From assembly GCA_964529405.1 (NCBI GenBank), contig CAZGWE010000003.1, positions 17,192 through 81,191 of the forward strand: a stretch of DNA of 64,000 nucleotides, in the 5' to 3' direction. A model generated the notes under the pieces. It made no database searches. It was not told where the DNA came from and saw nothing but the letters and a program-made list of their open reading frames with translations. How positions within the stretch are numbered: position 1 is the first letter of the stretch; every line of letters starts with the position of its first letter. The DNA is from an uncultured Candidatus Saccharibacteria bacterium. Lineage in GTDB: Bacteria > Patescibacteriota > UBA1384 > XYA2-FULL-43-10 > 1-14-0-10-43-13. Below, piece after piece: positions 19,532-29,069 of this stretch. A program made the translations under genes and the position numbers.

Positions 19532-20135
19532 GTATTTTATCGCCCTGACTCCCGAGCAACAGCTCTACAAAAAGATTGAATCGGTTAAGTCTTATGTTTT
19601 CGAGAACTTTGGCGACCAAGCTTATTTGCTTGACCCGCCCCACTCCACCCTCTGTGTCGGCACGACCGGTAATATCAAAGAAACTAACCGAGAGCTAGAA
19701 AAATTCACCGAGACAAACAAAAGGGTCGGTTTTGGAATAATCGATTGGCTCATCTTCGCCAATGACAAAGTGACAAAATCGTCATCACTGGTTTTGAGGT
19801 TTGATGAAAATTGCATCAAATCCCTTAGGCAGGTTCAAGCCGGAGTTCTGGATGCCGTCGCACCGTCGAGAAGCAAGGCGTGCGCAAAGAGGTATAAGAG
19901 CGTTAAATTTTCGCCAGTCGAGAAGCAAAATTTAATAAGCTTCGGCTTTCCCTATGCCGGCGAGATCTGGATCCCTCACATCGGCATCTGCGCTATGTCC
20001 GATGAACACATCGCCGATGTCAAGACAAAATTTGATATCAAAGACTTTAGCCAGCCAAGCTGTTTCGACCGGATTTCTTTATATAAACTTGAGAGCGAAA
20101 AACCAATATTAATTAATTCGTTTGATCTACTATGA
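19524..20135 (+). CDS. 2H phosphoesterase (2'-5' RNA ligase superfamily)
   Basis: PPHSTL and WIPHIGI motifs, C-terminal FDRISLYK; start overlaps the fusion stop. Confidence 0.75.
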   Translation: MIEYFIALTPEQQLYKKIESVKSYVFENFGDQAYLLDPPHSTLCVGTTGNIKETNRELEKFTETNKRVGFGIIDWLIFANDKVTKSSSLVLRFDENCIKSLRQVQAGVLDAVAPSRSKACAKRYKSVKFSPVEKQNLISFGFPYAGEIWIPHIGICAMSDEHIADVKTKFDIKDFSQPSCFDRISLYKLESEKPILINSFDLL

Positions 20136-20836
20136 AACATCAATTGTTAAAAAAAATGGTCTGGCAAGCTAATCGGGCGCTATCTGGTTCCGGTTTGATT
20201 ATTTTAACCTGGGGCAATGCCAGCGCTTACGATCGTGAAGCGGGCGTAATTGCTATCAAACCAAGCGGTGTTTCTTACGCCGAGATGAAAGTTGACGATA
20301 TCGTCGTACTTGATATCGAGGGTAAAATTATTGATGGTAATAAAAAACCGAGCGTCGATACGCCAACGCATTTAGAAATTTACCGCAGCTTTCCAGCTAT
20401 TAACGGTATCGTCCACACCCACTCACTCCACGCCACCGCCTTCGCCCAGGCCGGCACACCGATTGAATGCCTCGGCACAACACACGCCGACCACTTTTAC
20501 GGCCGTATTCCGGTGGCCAGAAAGTTATTGAAAAGAGAAATGGACGCCTATGAAAAAAACACCGGCAAGGTCATCGTTGAATTATTCCGCCAAGAGCAAC
20601 TCGATCCGCTTCATGTTCCGGGCTGTCTGGTGGCCGGCCACGGCGTCTTTACCTGGGGCAAGAGTGCTGATGACGCAGTCAATAATGGGATTGTTGCCGA
20701 GTTTCTGGCTAAGGCGAATCTGGCAACTTGCACTATTAACAACAAGACAGTGAAACTGCCTAAGCACATTCTGGAAACCCATTTTTTAAGAAAACATGGT
20801 AAAAATAGCTATTATGGACAAGGAGAAAAGAAATGA
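20132..20836 (+). CDS. araD: L-ribulose-5-phosphate 4-epimerase
   Basis: TWGNAS, IKPSGV, PSVDTPTH, HTHS, GTTHADHFYG, HFLRKHG..YYGQ. Confidence 0.95.
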   Translation: MKHQLLKKMVWQANRALSGSGLIILTWGNASAYDREAGVIAIKPSGVSYAEMKVDDIVVLDIEGKIIDGNKKPSVDTPTHLEIYRSFPAINGIVHTHSLHATAFAQAGTPIECLGTTHADHFYGRIPVARKLLKREMDAYEKNTGKVIVELFRQEQLDPLHVPGCLVAGHGVFTWGKSADDAVNNGIVAEFLAKANLATCTINNKTVKLPKHILETHFLRKHGKNSYYGQGEKK

Positions 20837-21594
20837 TTAATTTGATTCCAATGGCCGGACTTGGCAACCGCTTTGCCGCCGCCGGCTATACCACCCCAAA
20901 AGCCTTAATTCCGATTTCCGGCAAACCGATGATTTTACGCGTAACTGAAATGATGCCCAAAGCCGATAAGTGGGTCTTTGTTTTGCGAAAGGAGCATGTC
21001 GACAAGTACCAAGTTGACGAGGCGATCAAGAAAGAGGTGCCCAACAGTGAATTTATTATTATCGATTACAACACCGAGGGCCAGCTTTCAACCTGCTTGT
21101 TAGCCGAAAAGTATATCAACAACGATGAGGAGCTGTTTATCGGCGCCTGCGACCACGGCTTTCTCTGGTCGGAGAAAAAGTTTAATTCGCTGCGCAAAAA
21201 ATATGACGTGGTACCCTGGGTTTTTACCAAACAGAAAACCCTCTCCGATAACCCGACCGCCTGGGGCTGGGTCAAAACCGATAAAGCGGACAACGTCTTA
21301 GGTGTCTCGGTCAAAACGCCTATCAGCGATACTCCCTTTGACGATTACGCTATCACCGCCGCTTTTTATTATCGCACCGGCAAGATTTTCCTTGATATCG
21401 CCAATAAAGTTATAGCCGATGATACCAGAATTAAAGGTGAATTTTATGCTGACACAACTATTGATTACGCCCCAAAGATGAATTACAAGACCAAAGCCTT
21501 TGTGGTTGATAAATATTTGAGTTGGGGCACCCCACGAGACTACGAAGAGTTCCTCTTCTGGCAAGAAGTATTTGGAAAAGTAAAGTTCATGTAA
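20833..21594 (+). CDS. Sugar-phosphate nucleotidyltransferase (NTP_transferase family)
   Basis: IPMAGLGNRF..GYTTPKALI, TEGQLSTC, ACD, GEFY, WGTP.D. Confidence 0.87.
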   Translation: MINLIPMAGLGNRFAAAGYTTPKALIPISGKPMILRVTEMMPKADKWVFVLRKEHVDKYQVDEAIKKEVPNSEFIIIDYNTEGQLSTCLLAEKYINNDEELFIGACDHGFLWSEKKFNSLRKKYDVVPWVFTKQKTLSDNPTAWGWVKTDKADNVLGVSVKTPISDTPFDDYAITAAFYYRTGKIFLDIANKVIADDTRIKGEFYADTTIDYAPKMNYKTKAFVVDKYLSWGTPRDYEEFLFWQEVFGKVKFM

Positions 21595-21605
21595 TCTTAT
21601 CTATC

Positions 21606-21626
21606 CCTCCCCTAGATTAGGGGAGG
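21606..21626. repeat. Short REP-like hairpin
   Basis: CCTCCCCTA-GAT-TAGGGGAGG. Confidence 0.55.
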
Positions 21627-21648
21627 CTAGGTGAGGTAGAAGAGCCCT

Positions 21649-22059
21649 ATGAAACAGCTTTTTGTTAAGTATCGCCACTTTATCGTCTTCTCCCTGATCG
21701 GGGCATTTTGCGTTGTGATTGATTTTGTCTTTTACCTTCTCTTCCTAAAAATTTTTGACATCGTTGTTCTCTCTAAAATCTGCTCCTCAATCATCAGCGT
21801 CAGCGTAAACTACCTTTTAAACTCCCGCTTCAACTTTGACAATAAGCAAAAAGTCAGCACCAAATTCTATACTCAGTATTTAATTGTTTATGCTTTCCTG
21901 ATCGGCCTCAATGCCCTCTTTAATTCGGTTTTTCTTCAAACTACCGGCAGCATTAACCTCTCCTTCTGGCTAGCCGCCATAATCGCCGCTTTCACCAATT
22001 ACGCCGCCATCAAGATCTTCTTCAAGGTCATCAATAGATCATATCGCTTGCCAATCTGA
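21649..22059 (+). CDS. GtrA family flippase
   Basis: 4 TM; FIVFSLIG, NYLLNSRFNF. Confidence 0.88.
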   Translation: MKQLFVKYRHFIVFSLIGAFCVVIDFVFYLLFLKIFDIVVLSKICSSIISVSVNYLLNSRFNFDNKQKVSTKFYTQYLIVYAFLIGLNALFNSVFLQTTGSINLSFWLAAIIAAFTNYAAIKIFFKVINRSYRLPI

Positions 22060-22093
22060 ATATATTTAGTCATTTGAGCAAAGTTCTAACCCG

Positions 22094-22163
22094 TTCGACA
22101 GACTCGGGACAACCTCCGCAAAGAATCCCTCGGCAAACTCAGGATAAGTTCTGTAGAGGGATT
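22094..22163. repeat. Degenerate tandem REP-like units with a hairpin
   Basis: TTCGACAGACTCGGGACAA / CTCGGCAAACTCAGGATAA; AATCCCTC..GAGGGATT. Confidence 0.45.
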
Positions 22164-22178
22164 TTTTAGTAACCCAAC

Positions 22179-22209
22179 AAAAAAGACGGCAACCCTAGCG
22201 GTCACCGCC
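22179..22209 (-). terminator. Intrinsic terminator of the IMPase gene
   Basis: GGCGGTGACC..GGTTGCCGTC stem (with GU pairs) followed by T6 on the minus strand. Confidence 0.6.
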
Positions 22210-22243
22210 CAACACACCCTCCCACTCTGGCTACTGAGGAACC

Positions 22244-23263
22244 TCAGTAGCTGATCGACAACAGGTCGCCGATCTCTGCGCGGAAGCGCAAAGCCGCGCC
22301 GACGAGCTTGCTCTCAATCTCACGGCTAGCCGTAAACACGGTGCCAGCTCGATGCCACATCTCTTTGGGCGAAACCGCGGCCGCGTTAGCCGTGAGCTGC
22401 TCGCCGAAGATATCAACCTCGAGTCGCACATTGCCGCCGGTCTGATCGAGCGCCCGGGCAATGGCTTGTGTGGGAGCAGTGTCCCACACCTTCCAGTCCG
22501 GTTGGCAGTTGAACGAGATATTCATCGGCTCAAGCGCCGTGAATGCCTCTAGCTTACCAACCGGCTCCACGAGAGAACGGAAGACTTGCAGCGCCTGCAA
22601 GCCCGCTCCACCTGTCGGTACCTGTACAGCGTCGATACCAAGCTCATACAGGAGTTCGGTGAAACGCTCATCGAAAAGGGACTGCGGGTAGTAGATCCGT
22701 CGGTTATACCGGATCTGTCCTTTCTGGCGGTCCCTGATCGGCCGCACACCCATGATGCGGACGCTACCTTCCTCTTCGGTGGCAAAGCACACCTGCCGCC
22801 CCTCGCTGATGAGAGCGAACTGGCCCAGCACGTGATATATCATACCCGCCACCGGAAGGAACGGCTCGTTAGGCGATTCCCGGCAAAGCTTGGTGATGAG
22901 AACGGTCGGCGATATGACCTGATCCGTTCTCACCGACTTCGCCAGGTCGCCACTCCCGTCGAGCGGATCGACCATGTAGATCTCCGTCGCCATCCGGCGA
23001 TCGGGCGAGTCCTGCTCCTCGGTGAAAGAGCCGGGGTAGCGCCCCGCGAGGCCTTCCACACCCGGAATGCCGCCATAGAGGAGGGCATGACTTGCGCTTA
23101 CGTCCACCTCTGTAACGACTTCGCCGAAGTTGGCTCCGGCAGTAACGAGCTTGATGCCCGTCTTCTTGCGCATCGCGGGCAGGATCACCGCCGCTACGAC
23201 GCGCGCGACCTGGGGGAACACCCATCTCTGCATCTCGTCAGTGTGAGATATACCTGCTAGCAT
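22244..23263 (-). CDS. Inositol monophosphatase / CysQ superfamily phosphatase
   Basis: VVTEVD, TEE, MVDPLDGS, WDTA motifs; GC-rich codon usage. Confidence 0.8.
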   Translation of the reverse strand: MLAGISHTDEMQRWVFPQVARVVAAVILPAMRKKTGIKLVTAGANFGEVVTEVDVSASHALLYGGIPGVEGLAGRYPGSFTEEQDSPDRRMATEIYMVDPLDGSGDLAKSVRTDQVISPTVLITKLCRESPNEPFLPVAGMIYHVLGQFALISEGRQVCFATEEEGSVRIMGVRPIRDRQKGQIRYNRRIYYPQSLFDERFTELLYELGIDAVQVPTGGAGLQALQVFRSLVEPVGKLEAFTALEPMNISFNCQPDWKVWDTAPTQAIARALDQTGGNVRLEVDIFGEQLTANAAAVSPKEMWHRAGTVFTASREIESKLVGAALRFRAEIGDLLSISY

Positions 23264-23302
23264 CTACTTTCCCTTCCACCGGCACGTTTGCCAGTCCTGC
23301 GT

Positions 23303-23369
23303 ATTATACATTTATAGAATAATATGTCAACATCCCTTTCTTGATATACACAGTTAATTATGGTATGGT
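23303..23369. promoter_or_regulatory. Back-to-back divergent sigma70 promoters
   Basis: Minus: TTGACA-16-TATAAT (23330-23303). Plus: TTGATA-17-TATGGT with extended TG (23341-23369). Confidence 0.6.
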
Positions 23370-23420
23370 GGTGAGCTTAGCTAGACTATCAGACAGATAA
23401 GCTAAGCAGAGGGGGACAAC

Positions 23421-23921
23421 ATGCCGAAAACAATACAAATCCAGGACGTCACCGAGGAGAAGTTGAGATCCGGCAAACTGAGAAGACTGCTGCCGGAGAT
23501 CTACGATCTCAAGCGCGTAGTCGAGAACAACGTCTGGCATAAGAACCAGACGGTCTTCGACCACACCGTCGGAGTCTTCCAGGGCATGAGGGAGGTCTTG
23601 GACTTTCGCCTCAACGAAACTTTAAAGGCGCGGCTAGCCAGTACCCAGGTCGGCACGTTGTCTCGGTCTGAAGCCCTGCTTGCCGCCGCCCTGCTCCACG
23701 ACATTGCCAAACCGGTGACCTGGAAACGCGATGTCACCGGCATCACTTCGTGTCCCTGGCACGAGGAAATCGGTAGTACCATGGTACCCGCTTTCGCCGA
23801 TCGGCTCTGTCTCGATCTGATGGATGTGCAACACATCCAAAGCCTAATCAAGGGCCATGGCTTCGCCTATGGTACCTTCACCCTTATCTCCGACTTGCTT
23901 GACCTTTTAAAGGATTTTTGA
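23421..23921 (+). CDS. HD-domain protein (CCA-enzyme-type HD module), probably 3' truncated
   Basis: LLPEI, WH...VFDHT, AALLHDIAKP, HEEIG; ends shortly after the next conserved His. Confidence 0.8.
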   Translation: MPKTIQIQDVTEEKLRSGKLRRLLPEIYDLKRVVENNVWHKNQTVFDHTVGVFQGMREVLDFRLNETLKARLASTQVGTLSRSEALLAAALLHDIAKPVTWKRDVTGITSCPWHEEIGSTMVPAFADRLCLDLMDVQHIQSLIKGHGFAYGTFTLISDLLDLLKDF

Positions 23922-23933
23922 GAGAGTACCACT

Positions 23934-25846
23934 ATGATGTGGTTTAGCTTCATCGCACTCCTACTAATTGCTTCGTTTGCCTACTCTGCCATAGGCAAGA
24001 TTTTGGTCATTAAAAAAATCTTTACCTCAATAATGGTTGGCTTGAGCTTTTCGGGCTTGCTGGTCGGCACGCTGGCCAATTTTAACGCCGGCATCATCAG
24101 GCCGGTGGCTGTTACCGTCATTACTATCGGGCTAATTCTGGCTATAAGAAACATCAGAAAATCAGACAGCGCCAAAATTGATCCCTCTCTCTACGCTTTT
24201 CTGGCTGCGGTCGGCCTGACATTATTTATTCTCAATTATCCAACAAGAGTTTTTTTAGATAACAACACTTTGCTTTACAATATTCATTACTCCTACTTCT
24301 CCAATCTCTCCTCGGAAATGTTGACCGCTAACTATTTTAGCCGGTTAAGAGTGTCTGAGTTCGTACCTTACGAGTGGAGCATCTACCACTTTTTCAACTC
24401 CGGTGTGCAGGCATCAATCTCCGGCCTCATTCCCCGCCCCGGCCTCTTTTCTTATTTTTTCGCCCAGCTCTTCGTCGTTATTTTTATAATTTTAGCCCTG
24501 TTAGAAAACCTCTTCGATCTATTTGGTTTTAACGCAAGAACAGCGGCCGCCTCGGTCATCTGGTTAGCTTTTGGCTTTACCTTTTTTTCGAACGCCTTCG
24601 CCTGGAACCTGGCCACTACCGGCCCCCTCTCAGTCTTTGCGATGATCTTGCTCCTTATCTCGATTTACAAAAACAATACAAAAGAGTTCATTCTGTTTTC
24701 CTTAATACTGGGTGCCAGCGCCTTCCGCCTGCTGCCGCTAGCCATTGTTGCGTTTATCCTACTCTTTCTCTCCACTCTCCTGCCTGATTACAAGAAACCA
24801 AAAACAATATCGGCCACCTTTAAAAAACTTTTGCCCGATTACCCGACGCTGCTCTTCTATCTGCTCTTTCTAGCCTACAATGTCTCAACCATTATTTTTG
24901 GCTCTCTGCCGGCAAGGTAAGCTACCAAAAGGAACAAGACGCTATGATCGACTTCCAATACAGCTTTCAAGATGATTGGTCATCGGGATTGGCCTTTTAC
25001 CGGACCATTGGTATCTTTATTCAGCGCTTTCTCCATCGGGGCGTCTTTTTGGAGGCCAACTTTAACAACTCAATGCATAAACCGATTGAAAATATACTCT
25101 CTAGCTGGTTTTTATTTATCTCGGCCATCTTTGCCTTCATCTTTCTTATCGATTGCCTGATCTGCTACTATAATAAAGCCGGACTAAAAAAAACCATCAA
25201 CATGGCTTCCCTCTTTCTGGTTGGCTTGTTAGGCTCTGCCGGCCTGGCCCGGATATTTCCCAAGATCGCAGTAGCCAAGCTGGTCCTGGTCACCGCACCC
25301 TATCTGCTCTTGAGCCTCGGCCTGCTTTATTTGGTCCAAAATCAGATAGCACCGAAATTTTTTTCCAATAAAGATGGCGCCGCCCGCCCATTGGTTAATC
25401 CCTTTATCTTCCTGATTCTGATGGTTTTGACAGGTTTTGCCATGCAGTTTCTAAGGTTGGGTCCGGCCGTTAAAATACCGGCGCTTTTTATACCCTACGA
25501 CATTCTGCTTTGGGGCATACTCGGTCTTTTTCTCTTTGTTCACTCGCACATTAAGATCAAACTTTTATACCAAACCCTCTTTGTTGTCATGCTGGTCTTT
25601 GTTTATGAAGTTCCTCTAAATTCGCTTTTAACGATCAAATCGCCGGCCCCGATTGATATTTCCCCGCTCCTAGCGTCTAACCTTAATCGTTCCGACTACC
25701 TTGACAGCCGGAGCGGCCTGTGCAAATTTGATTACGACGATCAGACTAAAACCGTTGTTTATGCGGCCGTTCTGGGTTGCGACCTCAAATACTCGGCGGC
25801 CAGGAAAGAATCTTTAAGCATTAACTTTTTGGCAAAAGACAAGTGA
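23934..25846 (+). pseudogene. GT-C-like multi-TM protein split by a 1-nt frameshift (ORFs 23934-24920 and 24944-25846)
   Basis: The second frame is open upstream across the first ORF's end (..IIFGS / SAGKVSYQKEQDAMIDF..). The junction is at TTTTTGGCTCTCTG, about 24895-24908. Confidence 0.65.
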
Positions 25847-26580
25847 ATATGAAAAAATACTCCATCATCGTTCCCTGTTACAATGAAGCCAAAAACATTC
25901 CCCTGATTTTAAAACGTTTCCAAACAGCTATCGGCAAACGCTCGGATACCGAACTTATTCTGGTCAACAATGGTTCTGTTGACGATTCAGACAAGGTCAT
26001 CTCTGCCAACCTGCCGCGCTTCACCTTTGCCAAATCGATCAAGGTGACCAAAAATATCGGCTACGGCCACGGTGTCCTGACCGGGCTCAAAGAGGCCAAT
26101 GGGCAGTTCCTTGGCTGGACCCATGCCGATATGCAAACCGACCCGGTTGATGTTTTGAAAGCGTTTGCAATTTTAGAGGGAGCCGACAAACCAGATAATA
26201 TTTTTATTAAAGGCAGAAGGGTCGGACGTCCGGTATTTGACCGCTTGTTTAGCCTTGGAATGGGTGTATACGCTTCATTAAAACTTAGAGTCAGATTTTA
26301 TGAGATCAACGCCCAACCGACCATCTTCTCAAAAAGATTTTTTAACTCCTGGCGCAACCCGCCCTCCGACTTTTCTCTCGACCTCTTTGCCTATTGGCAA
26401 GCCCAAAAAAACAATTTGCGAATTATCCGCTTTCCCGTCCTCTTTCCGGAAAGAAAGTTTGGCCAGTCGTCCTGGAACACCTCCTGGAAAAAACGAATAG
26501 CAATGATAAAAAGGTCAGCGGATTTTATCAAAAAGTTAAAAGAAAGGACAAAAAGTGAACTACATCGCCCACCGCGTTAA
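25843..26580 (+). CDS. GT2 glycosyltransferase, polyprenol-phosphate glycosyltransferase-like
   Basis: SIIVPCYNE, VNNGSVD, NIGYG, HADMQTDP, RKFGQSSW. Confidence 0.88.
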   Translation: MNMKKYSIIVPCYNEAKNIPLILKRFQTAIGKRSDTELILVNNGSVDDSDKVISANLPRFTFAKSIKVTKNIGYGHGVLTGLKEANGQFLGWTHADMQTDPVDVLKAFAILEGADKPDNIFIKGRRVGRPVFDRLFSLGMGVYASLKLRVRFYEINAQPTIFSKRFFNSWRNPPSDFSLDLFAYWQAQKNNLRIIRFPVLFPERKFGQSSWNTSWKKRIAMIKRSADFIKKLKERTKSELHRPPR

Positions 26581-27148
26581 CACGATTGAAGAGTTAAAGA
26601 AAGTGCCCGGAGAGTATGGAGTCGAGATTGACCTGCGCGACCGCGACGACGGTAAAATCATTATGGTCCATGACCCCTTCACTCCGGGAGAGGATTTCGA
26701 GGAGTATCTTAAGCACTATCACCACGGTACCATGATTTTGAACATCAAGAGCGAGCGGATCGAGCACAAGGTTTTAGAACTTATCAAGAAAGCCGATGTT
26801 AAAGACTATTTCTTTTTGGACTCTTCATTTCCAATGATCTACCTCCTCTCCAACCAGGGTGAAAAAAATTTAGCCGTACGTTTTTCAGAATACGAAGGCT
26901 TGGATACTATATTAGCAGTCAAAGATCGAGTTAAGTGGATTTGGGTTGATTGCTTTACCAAACTACCCCTTGATGATAAAACGGTCAAAGCGCTCAAGGG
27001 AACCGGTCTGAAACTCTGCCTGGTCTCTCCGGAACTCCAGGGACGACCGGAAGATATCGAACCATACAAAAAGCAACTGAAAGACCTTGGCATCGCCTTT
27101 GACGCCATTTGCACTAAGATCTATAACATCGAAAAGTGGCAAGCCTGA
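26555..27148 (+). CDS. GDPD-like (PLC-like) phosphodiesterase
   Basis: IAHRVN, GVEIDLR, VHDPF, LNIK, WVDCF, VSPELQG, AICT. Confidence 0.75.
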   Translation: MNYIAHRVNTIEELKKVPGEYGVEIDLRDRDDGKIIMVHDPFTPGEDFEEYLKHYHHGTMILNIKSERIEHKVLELIKKADVKDYFFLDSSFPMIYLLSNQGEKNLAVRFSEYEGLDTILAVKDRVKWIWVDCFTKLPLDDKTVKALKGTGLKLCLVSPELQGRPEDIEPYKKQLKDLGIAFDAICTKIYNIEKWQA

Positions 27149-27162
27149 ACGAATATTTATTC

Positions 27163-28896
27163 TCACTTAACAGAAGCAATACTGTCTAAAGATAAATTTA
27201 ACGTGTCCGCTAACCGTTCTGTTGGAACTTGGCAAACTCCAATCATTTTGCTTCTTAGTTTTTCAGTAACGGACAGGTTGTTGCCAGGGCAAGATAATTG
27301 GCTCGGATTATAAGCAATATAAACATAGCCGAACTGGGTCACCTTTGACATGCTAAACTCTTTCTTGTGCGACATTAACGTCAACCCCTCTTCCGGTGAA
27401 TAAAGTAAAATGGGCCGCAAAAGATTAGCCGAGGCAAAGGGAAAGCTGATAGGAATTTTGTTCTCTTCCGGACTAATAAAAATAATCGGGGCTCGATCGC
27501 GAGGTAAAACAGAGTCCAATTCCGAATAAATTGCGGACGGCATTGTTTTTGATTCATTTAGATAGCCGTATTTATATTCAGCGAACAACTTCATGTTCTC
27601 ATTCGTTAATCCGTAAGTTGCAAGAATAATGATTAATCCGATTTTCCATTTTGCCAACTCGAATGGTTTTTGGCTGCAAATAACAGTTAGGGATAGAAGG
27701 AAAAAACCAAAGACTAGAGATAAATATACCGCCCAAGTGGCAGAAAACCAGTAGTGAATATAGACGAGATTCCTAAAAACGAAATGATATATAAAAGAAG
27801 GAACAAAAGCCAGCCAGATGGCCGCCATAACCGGACCAGATTTGTCATTGGTTGGCACTCTCCGATTTAATATGATCGCTAAAAAGAACAAGACCGCAGC
27901 AATGGCGCTTGCCGACACAGTAGCATATAAAATAGGCATAGACCAGCCTGCCAGAAATTGCCTTGCGGTGACAACTAAAAACGTGTCGGCAAGCGGTACC
28001 GAAGTTCTATCCTTACCCCTTAATAAAAAAATTTCCAGAAAGTAAGAATATCCTCGTAGGTTTGAGTACAAAGCAAACATAGCCAACACGGCCAGAACAC
28101 AACCAGCGATTAAAGATATAATATGTTTAAGTAGATATTTTGCAATAAGTATTTTTTCACGAAAATATGTACCCAGAACAACAGACAATAATACAATCGA
28201 AGCTATGCCAACACCTATTACGCTTAAATATTCAGAGAAACCGGCCAGAAAACCGATGACGGCAGTAATTACAAAACTTCCTTTACCGGCGAGGTAATTT
28301 GTTGCGCCACTCTTCTCTTTCAAGGCCATGGATATAACATATAGCCGGTTTAGACACCAGGCGGTAAGCACCAGAAAAACAACAAGAGACAGGGTTGGAG
28401 GAAAATAGCCGTCAATATTCCAAATCAATACCGGTTTGCTTGTCATAAAAAATAGGAGAACCAGATGAGTGATCCAAAATCCAAAAACAGGAAGCATCAT
28501 AAACGCCGATACTAACACAGCCAGCAAAATCACAACGTGGCCAATCACCTTTCCTAAAACAATCGGGTGCACCGATGATCCAAAGACGCGCTCTGCGCCA
28601 TAATGAAGCAAAAAAGCAAGCGGAGGCATAGAGAAATAATCCTGGTCTGATGCACTCCATTCCGGGACTTCCTGATCAATTGATCTGGATGGCACAACCG
28701 ATCTCGTAATAATACCTTCTCTTTGCCAATTCTCACTCGATATTACAACTTGCCCAAGCTGGTACTCAAAATGAGTAAATATTGGAGCTTTTGTAATTGG
28801 CAACCGTTGATATGTCAAAAAAGCAAACTCTACTGTCAACAACACTGCCAGGACAAGGTATCGGTTAAGCACAATCAATGATTTTAGTCGTTTCAT
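27163..28896 (-). CDS. GT-C-like multi-TM membrane protein
   Basis: 577 aa, about 12 TM plus a soluble C-terminus; YFSMPPL motif; glycan context. Confidence 0.6.
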   Translation of the reverse strand: MKRLKSLIVLNRYLVLAVLLTVEFAFLTYQRLPITKAPIFTHFEYQLGQVVISSENWQREGIITRSVVPSRSIDQEVPEWSASDQDYFSMPPLAFLLHYGAERVFGSSVHPIVLGKVIGHVVILLAVLVSAFMMLPVFGFWITHLVLLFFMTSKPVLIWNIDGYFPPTLSLVVFLVLTAWCLNRLYVISMALKEKSGATNYLAGKGSFVITAVIGFLAGFSEYLSVIGVGIASIVLLSVVLGTYFREKILIAKYLLKHIISLIAGCVLAVLAMFALYSNLRGYSYFLEIFLLRGKDRTSVPLADTFLVVTARQFLAGWSMPILYATVSASAIAAVLFFLAIILNRRVPTNDKSGPVMAAIWLAFVPSFIYHFVFRNLVYIHYWFSATWAVYLSLVFGFFLLSLTVICSQKPFELAKWKIGLIIILATYGLTNENMKLFAEYKYGYLNESKTMPSAIYSELDSVLPRDRAPIIFISPEENKIPISFPFASANLLRPILLYSPEEGLTLMSHKKEFSMSKVTQFGYVYIAYNPSQLSCPGNNLSVTEKLRSKMIGVCQVPTERLADTLNLSLDSIASVK

Positions 28897-29069
28897 GCTT
28901 TAAGTTCCATGATTAATAGCTCATCTCATCGGTCAACGATAGCTTATCGGTATTATTACCGTTGTGCAAGGTTTGCCAGAGCTCAAAAATATAGCCAAAA
29001 TTGCTAATTATATTCGTAACGCCAAAACGGACACCACCTCCCGCCAATGCCCTTCGGTTGAAATCAACT

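Noticed and set aside
18060-20135. NTase + 2H phosphoesterase as an anti-phage cyclic-nucleotide or toxin-antitoxin system
   Set aside because: The NTase is fused between sugar-phosphate enzymes and no effector or HEPN partner is evident; a glycan role is more parsimonious, though not proven.
22586-23260. 224-aa plus-strand ORF and other ORFs overlapping the IMPase
   Set aside because: Antisense shadows expected in GC-rich DNA; no motifs.
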